DNA of 63,434 bases, the filler included, from Folioceros fuciformis (lineage: Eukaryota), in the NCBI GenBank assembly GCA_049999805.1. It is 6 parts of 6 records of this genome, joined end to end, with 100 filler letters (N's around TTAATTAATTAA, not from the genome) between each part and the next. Parts side by side here need not be neighbours in the genome. Positions count along the whole stretch, not along the records: positions 46,541 to 55,041 come from JBNGIO010004568.1; positions 55,142 to 63,434 come from JBNGIO010004576.1; 4 more parts are not named here. One strand, given 5' to 3'. The number at the start of each line of letters is the position of its first letter. Position 1 is the stretch's first letter. The notes beneath the pieces were generated by a model. The model saw only the letters and a list, made by a program, of their open reading frames with translations. It was not told where the DNA came from and did no database searches. This document shows, piece after piece, positions 54,356-63,434 of the stretch. The translations under genes and the position numbers were made by a program.

Positions 54356-54510
54356 GGACGGCATGGGATGGGATGGACCCGCCGGGACCGGACCGGACCG
54401 GACCGGCCCGGCCCGGCCCGGGCCGCGCCGCGCCGCGCCCAGCACAGCACAGCACAGCACAGCACAGCAAAGTAGAGCAGAGCAGCGCTGCGCTACGCTG
54501 CGCCGCGCGC
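54356..54510. repeat. Compound phase-conserved pentanucleotide array
   Basis: GGATG, GACCG, GCCCG, CGCCG, AGCAC, AGCAG, CGCTG blocks in one 5-nt register. Confidence 0.9.
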
Positions 54511-54695
54511 AACCTTGTTCCTCAATTCTTGCATTTTGTTTACTTCAGGAATGTTTTATGTGCTGTGTTTGGATACGTAAAGTATCTCTGTTCTGTTCTG
54601 TTGTGTTCTGTTCTTGATTAAACTCGTTTCCAGGAAGAAAAGAAAGACTTGGCTCGCGCGAAGCGATTCCCTGATTCCCCGTTTCCAGGCTCGGC

Positions 54696-54763
54696 CCGAC
54701 CTAACCTAACCTGACCTGACCTGACCTGACCTAACCTAACCTAACCTAATCTAACCTAACCTA
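54696..54763. repeat. (ACCTA/ACCTG)n pentanucleotide repeat
   Basis: Direct reading. Confidence 0.9.
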
Positions 54764-55467
54764 AAAATGTGGTCCCCTTCCCCTGGAGGACAGTCGTACA
54801 CACTGCGCTTGCGCTGCTGCTTGTGCTGAGCCTGTGGAAGAGGAAAGGGTTGTGCAAATGGAGTAGAGTCGAGCAAGAGGTTGTGCAAATGGAGTCGAGT
54901 CGAATGGAATCGAGTCGAGGAAAAGGTTGTGCAAATGGAGTGGAAGTTGGCGCACAAGACACAAGTGCAAAGCAAGGGAAAGGGAAAGGGCAAGTGAAAG
55001 GGCAAGGGAAAGGGCACGGCAAGCACAGCAAGTGCGCGGGGNNNNNNNNNNNNNNNNNNNNNNNNNNNNNNNNNNNNNNNNNNNNTTAATTAATTAANNN
55101 NNNNNNNNNNNNNNNNNNNNNNNNNNNNNNNNNNNNNNNNNCTTGCCTGCTAATCCACTCACGCTCTCACGATCCTAGCACGTCTCTAGAACTCTCATGC
55201 AAGATGTTGCACCGAAGCAAGTTCAAGAGGTCAAAGGACCACATATTTATCAAGAGGATCACCATGCACGATAGACCAGTGATCGAACACTAAGAAGCAG
55301 AAGGCTTGTCCTTGGGTATGGTATCGCAAATCTGTCTCGAACCTAAAAGACTTTGTTATTGGTAAGAAAGCCTGCACACAAAGAATAAGCTAGGCTATGT
55401 TAGGAACATAAGCCTAGCTTACTCTAGCACATATGAGATACTCTAGAAAAGAAAGTCCAAGTACACC

Positions 55468-55968
55468 ATGGTTTACTTTCTCAAATCTAAGGATGCGTGT
55501 TTGTCAAAGTTCAAGGAATACAAAGCACTTGTGGAGAATCAGATCGGCAAGAAAATCAAGGTTTTAAGGAGTGACAATGAAGGGGAGTACATATCTAAGG
55601 ATTTTGAGGCCTTTTGCAAGGAGCTGGGAATCATGCATCAATTCTCACCTCCCTACAGTCCTCAACAAAATGGGCTTGCAGAACGCAAAAACAGGACTTT
55701 GGTGGAGTGCACTAGAAGTATGCTTCATCACCAGCAAATGGGTAATGAGTTTTGGGGCTAGGCCATTGCAACTGTTGTATATCTAACCAATAGATGCATA
55801 ATTATGTCATTGGAGGGTGTTACTCCCGAGGAGTGTTGGTCAGGAAGAAAGCCAAAAGATTCTATATCTCATTTGTATGTTTTTGGATGTTCAGCATTTG
55901 CTCACAAACCCAAGGACATGAGGAGCAAGCTAGAAGGGAAAGCCATGGAGTGCATCTTTGTGGGCTAT
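55468..55968 (+). mobile_element. Ty1/copia integrase (rve) fragment
   Basis: VYFLKSK..FKEYKALVENQIGKKIKVLRSDNEGEY..SPQQNGLAERKNRTLVE; then VFGCSAFAH..RSKL..CIFVGY. Confidence 0.9.
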
Positions 55969-56659
55969 GATGGTGTGGAGTGATTCTTGCACCCAAGAAC
56001 CATCGAAGGGTCCACATTAGCCCTTATTGTCGTTGCAGTCCTAGGATCTGCTCCCAAGGGAGTGAACTAATGTCAAGACAACCTACAAATTCCCCACAAT
56101 GCCCTAGTCTAATCCTATCTATTATTCGATACGTAATGCTACCGCAATAGGTCAAAATCTATAGACCTGCCTTCAGCACCAACCACAGCATCAGCTGAGT
56201 GAGAACTCTAGGATCGCTTTCAGCCCCCACTTCCAAGTGTGAGTACCAGCTACCCCAGCAGCTGAGAGGAGGCCCCAGCCCCAACCTCGGCCTCCACCCT
56301 GAGCCCTCCACCCAACCTCGGCCTCCACCCCCAGCCACCTCAGAAGCTGAATGAGAGCTCCAGCACCTAAGCTCCTCACCTCAGCACATCAACTCCATGC
56401 TCGAGCACTTCACTTCCACACTTCACTCCTGGATTTTGGGAACACAACAACCTTCCCACTTGCAGCCCTCGAGGCAAGGGTGGATAGGCCTGGGTTGGAT
56501 AGCCTTCCTAGCTCACAGCCCTGCAACCCTTTGCCTTGCAAACCCCTTAAGGACATCAAGATACCCCAACCAACTTGCAAGAAAGGTAAGCCCTTATAGA
56601 TCTGGCCACCCAACTCTTAGCAGTTTTAGGAGCTACCACATCCCCCTAGTGGCCGGACT

Positions 56660-56910
56660 TAATCAACTCGATGACGGATTCAAGGGCTCCCCTCTAGCTC
56701 CAATCAGGCGAGGCCCAATCCTTGCTGTTCAGCAGACAACTGCACCTCTCTCTGTGCCCACAAATGCACTCCAATCACTACAACGACACTAACCTCTTAG
56801 ATCTACTACTTTCCTCACTCACTCACTCACTCACTCTAGCACCAGCAACCAGGAACAACACCACTACCTTCTACACTTACCTATTGGCTAGACTAACCCC
56901 AAAGGAGAGC
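56660..56910 (+). repeat. Dispersed repeat (LTR-like family) shared with 62715-62990
   Basis: ACTCGATGA.GGATTC.AGGGCTCCCCTC..CTGCACCTCTC..CACTACAACGAC.CTAACCTCT.AGATCT at both sites. Confidence 0.75.
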
Positions 56911-59900
56911 ATGCCACCACCCATGATCCTACTAGACACCATGCAAGCATGGTCGGCACTCACTCCAGCCCTGCGAGGAAACGAGAATGACTGATCATGG
57001 TCACACAACGCAGAGAGCACAATCAAGAATTAAAGGGACTCTGCCCTTAACGGTGGCCACTACTTCTCAAAGCTTTACCAAACGCTGCACACATGCACAG
57101 CCGGCACACACTGCTGTATCCAAGCAAGGACAGCTTGAGAGAGATCGCAAAGTGACAACCTACTCACTCGATCTTATAGGAGCCTCTCTCTCTCTTACCT
57201 CACCTTTCTCTAGCTTGACAATTATTATTTTAATAAGAACACTAGCCTAGCCGGCTATCACCAACCACATATTTAGACTTTCCTAGCACATATTGCCACC
57301 AATATTGATGAGCTGGCCCGACAACTTGTTGAACCTACCACCACAAGTATCCACCACCTCTTAAACTATCTTGAGACCTTGAAGGATGCCTGATCTTCAA
57401 AGATCTTGCAGACGCCGCCTCTTTCTTACCGGATGGCTGGCCTCAAAGGCTTCTCGTGCAACTGTTCCCCCTAGGTGACTAAGCCTGCCTCCATGGGAAG
57501 AGTATGAGCAGTGGAAGAAGAAAGGGAAGAGGTGAGAAGAAGTGTGATCAACAACCGGAACCGAGCCTGAAATCGGCAACTTTTTCAGCAGAATCAGCTA
57601 TTCCTCGACCATGGAAAACTAACCCCAGGGTGCTAGGATAGGTCTCGGACTATTGGGGGAAGGAAACAGGTGAGAAAGAGTTGAGTTAGAATTTCATAAA
57701 TTAAATCCAGAAAAATAGGAGTGAAAATGAAAGAGGAAAAATAGAAAAATAAAAAGAAAAAAAATATGGGAATATGGATACCATATATATATCAATATAT
57801 ATCAAATAATTATAAAATAAAAGAGGGGGTGTATGTATACGAATTGTATACATACCTTAAAGCATTGGATACAGGCAAGAGAGGCAAGGAAGTGGGATGA
57901 NNNNNNNNNNNNNNNNNNNNNNNNNNNNNNNNNNNNNNNNNNNNNNNNNNNNNNNNNNNNNNNNNNNNNNNNNNNNNNNNNNNNNNNNNNNNNNNNNNNN
58001 AACTACGACGCTGGCGGGCCTAGACAGCAGTATTGTGGTGGCACTAGATCTGCAACGCCGCGGTGGGGGAGGAAATCAGGATAGTGGGGAGTGGCGAAGC
58101 GGGGCAAGAGATGGCAGCGCCGGCGAGGCTCAATTGCCTAGCAATGGGCTAGGATTGCGTTAGCCTGCATGAGGGCGGCGCAGCCTGGACAATGGGAAAT
58201 CACTAGCCAGCACTCCTCAATCCTATAGCAGCAATTTGGGGCAGAGCATATCCAGCAGCGTGGGCTACGGATTAGGCCTACATGGACAGAATCAGGACAG
58301 GGCAGATGGGAGAAGAGGAGGCCGGGGAGGTTGGGGACCATGGACGGAGCATGTAGGGAAGAGACAACAGTGGAAGTGGGCGCGGCGATGGAAAATCAGT
58401 CTCGGGAGTGGATTGGGGAGGAAATCAGGATAGGCAGGAGGGGAACTGGAAAAGAAATCAGGGAGAAGAAGAGGTAAGGGTTGGCCCTGCATCGGCCAAA
58501 TCCTTTAGCTTGGCTCAACCTCCTCTTGTGTGCACATTCAGTCCCATCACCCGGGGATCCCTCCTTCTACTTGTAATGTGGATCCAAAGAAGAAGCGGGA
58601 CAAAGAGATGGAGAAGGAAGGAGAAAAGAGGAAGCCGGGATAAGAGGAGAATGGAAGAGAAGGGAGAAAGGGAAGGATGGGATCGGCCGCAATCCCTTCC
58701 CTAGCTAGGGCACGGCCTTCACGGCCATTTAGTCCATCATGCAATCAGACCTGACATCTGACCCTAACATACCCCATATTCCCATTCTTAGGTTCAAACA
58801 ATTATTTAACTATTATGTTATTCAGTATTATTAAATGATATTTAATTCTTTAATACTATATATCTTTAATTAATATTAAACCAATCACCAAACCTACATT
58901 CAAACTTTCTCGACCCTATGGTCTGGTACCGAAGCTAAACTTTTCCAGGTTTGGGACCAAACCTATACCCTCTCTAGTAACCAAACCAATTATTCCTTAG
59001 CCAATTAACCTGATTAGCACAAGAGAAAAAAAGGAAAAATCACCAGAAAATAAAAGAAATTTAGGGAAAATAAGTAGAAAAAGAAAACCAAAGCATACCA
59101 CTATTAACTCTTTTTTAACCGAAACAAATTACTAGCACAAACTTTGGAGGTTCACAAGTTGGTATAAAAGAGACTTCAGAATCTCATGCTGAGTATATTG
59201 GTAAGTCTACTTTTGATGATGTGAGTGTTAAGACAGTGAAGTACAAATTGTGTAATTGATTGTCTAAATTGTGAACGCAAGAGACTAATTGTTTGTTTTT
59301 ACATTTTAGCTAGCTTATTTCTTTGCATAGTTGAATGAATTAGAATCTATTCTTGTGCTCACATTCAAAAGTCTCTCTCCCTAATGCATGANNNNNNNNN
59401 NNNNNNNNNNNNNNNNNNNNNNNNNNNNNNNNNNNNNNNNNNNNNNNNNNNNNNNNNNNNNNNNNNNNNNNNNNNNNNNNNNNNNNNNNNNGTTGTACAA
59501 ATCTTAAAATTAGGGTATTGTTTGTGAGAAGACCTAAAAGATTCCTTGTTTTCCCAAGTTGGATTTGAGGGAAAATGACAAGATCTATTACTACTACAAC
59601 AAGAAGCAAATGCAGACTTATGAGGTAGGTGACATCTACAATATAGCTGATTTCTTGTCATTTCGCCTGCAAATTAGTTCATTTGTGCGAATATCCAGTA
59701 ATACAGATAACCTCAATGTGAATTTGAGGAATGTTGTTAATCTTATTGTCTTTCTCCTTATGTGCTGCACTTGGTGAAGTTCCAGAAGCCAAATTGTGGC
59801 ACTTCTTTCTGTGTAGTAGTTTTGGTAGGTGAGGAAAGAAATATTTCCCCGAATACATGAAAGATCATGAGTCTAATGCTTATTTGCAGGTGGTGTGGCA

Positions 59901-60884
59901 TGTACTTGAGCACATAATGCAATCACCATTAGGGTGATGGTTATTGTGTTATGCGCCCAGTTGTACGTCACACTACATGTGTGTAAGCAAGCTCTGACAC
60001 CATAAACAATTCTAAGTTTGCTCACACGTGGAGCAAGCACTCACAGAGAATTGCACAAGATAATTATAAAGGAAGATCGTGTGTGATGAATAGGAAAGTG
60101 ATGAAACAACGTGTCAGTTATGAACCTAAATGAAAAGTTACCCTAATTAAACCTACCATTTTGTAATAATATTTTGTAATAACCCTGCCTAATATGGTAA
60201 TTAGTTAGGGATGCATTTATAAATAATGCCTTATTTCTATAGTCCTATGCTCAAGCCCTACCCTGCTCATTCACCAGCTCCTCATAGCTCACTCTTTGGG
60301 TTCACTAGCGTGATCCCATCTCCTACACCGACCAAAAGAGAGCTTGGCGAACAATCTTTAGGAGCGACGAAGATGCATACGCTCAGAGAGCGCACCCGGA
60401 CAACCTACTAATCCCCCAACTACAACGAACACTATCCAAGATGTATTGCCAACGATATGTACCAAGTCGAAGTCGCTACCACCTACCCTTGTGGTGCCAC
60501 TCTTTTGTCCTTCTTCTCCACTGCCCGTCACCGACTTTGCCTCTTCATCTCGAACTCTGCGAAGTGGCGTCCTCGTGCCAGGCCCACCCTACCTCCCTAT
60601 CCACCCCTTGTCCCACTCTAACTTCAACCCTTTGTTTCTTTAGCATCTCCCAGACCTATGCCACACTCTTCCCACCAGAATATCACTCAATTGGTTGTTT
60701 CTTGTATTGAGGTGAGTAGTGGCAATAGTGTAGGTGTTGGTTGGAGAAGCCCTTGCCACATTCTGCTAGGGTACCAATGCCTCTAACACAAAGAAGTTGG
60801 AGAGTGCAAGGATTCGAGGGAAAGGAAGTACTGCAAAACTGCCCCGTGTGCACCTTATGTGAGTGCTATTCAATTTATTTTGGC

Positions 60885-61046
60885 TAATAATAACAGACCA
60901 TGTTGGTTCTGTGCCAAGATTGTTAGTTAGCTAGACCTAGCAGTTAGTAAGCTAGTGAAAGGACGTGCCTCTTACAAGACCAACTGTAAAAGCCTACCTG
61001 TGAACACACTTGAATTATTATTGTTAATTTAGCATCTTTGCTTAAT
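60885..61046 (+). mobile_element. Partial copy of the copia LTR seen at 7759-7961, interrupted at 61047
   Basis: ACCATGTTGGTTCTGT...GAACACACTT...TAGCATCTTTGCTTAA matches the reverse complement of ~7784-7950. Confidence 0.75.
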
Positions 61047-63434
61047 GTGGTGGAAAAAATCCGGGGACACCCAGGGGCTTTCCTCTAGCGGCCACACCTA
61101 TCCCGCTGTCGTGTAGTCTAGCAGGTATCATTCCCTCGAAGGAGGGCCTGTCCCAGTTGTGAGTGTGAACGACTCTACTCGTACCTCTCTTCTACCACGA
61201 TCTTCAAGAGTCTGAATACACCTCCTGCCTACCAACCACGCCTCTGCTGCCGGCGACTCACTCCAATAGGACACCCACGTTCCTCACTCTCTTCCCAGGT
61301 TACTTCCTTGTTTCCAGTCCAACACTTCCTCCCTTGCTCTCGTCTTTTCTTCTCCTCGATCTAATCCTCCCGGACTAGCCTCCCCTTCTCAACTCAACTC
61401 CCTCAACTCCTCGACTCCATACCCACCTGACTTCGTTCGCAAGGACGACCACTGATGCGGTGGTAGCGAAGACCTCCAGTCAGCTTGCGCTGAGTCGAAG
61501 ACCCGGGCCCTTCTCAACAAACTCACCCAGGTCGGACACCACAAGTGTGCGTGCGAAACACGGCACCTCACATCCAGGCGTCTGGGCCGTCACAATCCCC
61601 ACCAAGCTACCAGACACTGCAGACAACGCAGCCGGCAGGAGCGCACTCGTTGGAACACAAACAAGTGTGCTCAGGCTTGGAGAGAAACAGGGAACGACCA
61701 CTTTATCTCTTGAGCCCTATGACTCTTATAGAGTTCCAAGCTACTGTCGGTTAGGGTGGTTGATCGGGTAGGCAGCCATTGATGGTCTCTCACCTGCCAC
61801 AGCGCTTAAGCGCATTAAACAGTGTCTTTAAACGCTTAAACTACCCCCTCTACCACGTCTATCCTAACTACCCAACTCTATTGGGGACGCTTCGGTGGTT
61901 CGAATGGGCAGGTCAGAATGGCAATCTTCGCATCCTTTTCCCTACTTGTTTCTTCACACGCTAGACACCTACCGTCACCGCGTGCCAACTTTTCAGTTGG
62001 GAGGCGAAGAAAACATCCCTTTCTAGTGGAATATAGAGCTCGGCAGAAAAATTGAACAGGAAGACCACTCTGTTCTATTTCTTTGGCTAGGGCCGTATCT
62101 GCTTCATCGAGCTTGGCATTGTCTTTCCTCTGGGCATGTCCCCACGGTTGCTTCCTGATCTCAACAGCGATGGTTCCTGAGGTGTCCTCTATTTCAACAT
62201 CCATGCACTCCTACACCAAAAACAGCTCCCGATCGTCAGCAGCATTACCGAGTACAGTGTTCATGCCCCGTTCCAAAATCCTCCCGTGAATCATGTGCAG
62301 ACCCCTTGTTGTTTCATACAAGTACTCGACAAGGAGAATGACAGACTGATCCTGCCCGCATGGGTTTCTGCTTCTTGACATCAGGCCCCAGATAAGCCTT
62401 GGGATTCAAGTTTCTCCCCTTTTTGACAATGATGGTCTTCTTCTTGGACACTGACAGCTTGGTGTGATGCCTCTGTTCCATCTTGTTGGCCAGGCCAGAA
62501 ATAAATGCACAGTTCTTAATCCTTGGATCAGGAAATTCTTCAAACTGCTGCAAAATGATCTGGCCATGTGTGGAGGCAAAACCTCGGGCACTGATTGCCA
62601 ATGGGTTCCACCTTTAGTGGCCACACTTATCCCACTGTCGTTGAGACATTGGGTTTCGTTCCCACGAAGGAGCGATGGGGTTCCTTGCTGCTGTGGATGG
62701 AGGGTCGAACTCAATTGACTCGATGATGGATTCGAGGGCTCCCCTCCAGCTCCGATCAGGCGTAGGACAAGCCTCGTTGTCTAGCAGTAAGCTGCACCTC
62801 TCTTGGTGCCCACAAACTCACTCCAGTCACTACAACGACCCTAACCTCTCAGATCTGCGACTTCCCTCACTCACTTCACTCGCTCTCTCACTCCAGCATC
62901 AACACCAGCAACTAACCATGACACCACTACCTTCTACACTTCCCTATTGACTCCTCCTACCCGGCAAGAGTCACTAGACTAACCCCAAAGAAGAGAAAGA
63001 AGGGAACACACTCTCCCCCCACACCCCCTCGGATATCTCCTCCCCACCACCTTACCAGACGCCATGAAACATGGCCGGCCTACAACATTTGTCAAAACAG
63101 GGAACAAGAGTGGACAGGTCGAGAGAAAGACACATCCTTTACAATCAAGAGCTAGGGGCAAACCCCTTCACCCTGGTCATTACACCTTGTGATCCTTGAA
63201 GGATCGGAAAGGGAGCCACATGATGAAGGAGAAGGGAGAGGAGAGGAGAGGAGAGGAGAGGAAGAGAGGAGAAGAGGAGAAAGAGAGGTCTCACAATGTC
63301 TCTCACAGCTCTCTCCTATCTCTCTCATCTCTCTCATCTCCCTTGAAAAGAGAGCTCAAGAGGGTATTTATACCCTCTAGAAAAGCTTCCCAAGGAAGCT
63401 TCACAAGAAGATCACAGGAAGCTTCACAAGAAGA
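61047..63434 (+). mobile_element. Two diverged LTR-like copies starting TGTGG at 61047 and 62569
   Basis: Both begin TGTGG and share GGCCACAC.TATCCC.CTGTCG...TTCCC.CGAAGGAG about 45-95 nt in. Confidence 0.55.
61935..62568 (-). pseudogene. MET1: MET1 (DNMT1-type cytosine-5 methyltransferase) fragment, RFTS2 end to BAH1, internally deleted
   Basis: HGQIILQQFEEFPD..AFISGLANKMEQRHHTK..NLNPKA..KPMRA, then a frameshift, then [68 protein letters not shown]; these match plant MET1 segments recalled from knowledge. Confidence 0.88.

Noticed and set aside
53874-54621. 212-aa and 163-aa ORFs
   Set aside because: Open largely because of the GC-rich pentamer array; no domain recognised.
54696-54763. Telomere-like repeat
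   Set aside because: Unit is the 5-mer ACCTA/ACCTG, not plant CCCTAAA; it is short, internal and among other pentamer SSRs.

Overview
Eukaryotic nuclear DNA from a non-seed land plant. Short GT-AG introns (~75-110 nt) plus a KPAxA/GRP-type PPR-DYW gene point to a U-to-C-editing lineage (hornwort most likely; fern or lycophyte possible; inference). The window is not contiguous: five 44N-TTAATTAATTAA-44N artificial linkers join six scaffolds (1-10318, 10419-22594, 22695-36964, 37065-46440, 46541-55041, 55142-63434). Five intact genes were reconstructed, all on the minus strand: a 7-exon secreted SMP-30/gluconolactonase-family lactonase, a 9-exon P2A (ECA/SERCA) Ca2+-ATPase with a transit-peptide-like N-extension, a PLS-E+ PPR protein, the mitochondrial Rieske Fe-S protein, and a PLS-class PPR-DYW:KP (GRP) protein with an N-terminal OSB-type PDF-like motif. 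The rest is mostly decayed Ty1/copia, Ty3/gypsy and LINE fragments, tandem repeats, a ~9 kb foldback structure, a degenerate trihelix fragment and an internally deleted MET1 fragment between LTR-like repeats. Best leads: the PDF-like/PPR/DYW:KP fusion (candidate U-to-C editor with a putative ssDNA-binding module) and the apparently organelle-retargeted SERCA-type pump. All family assignments come from recalled motifs; no database search was run.
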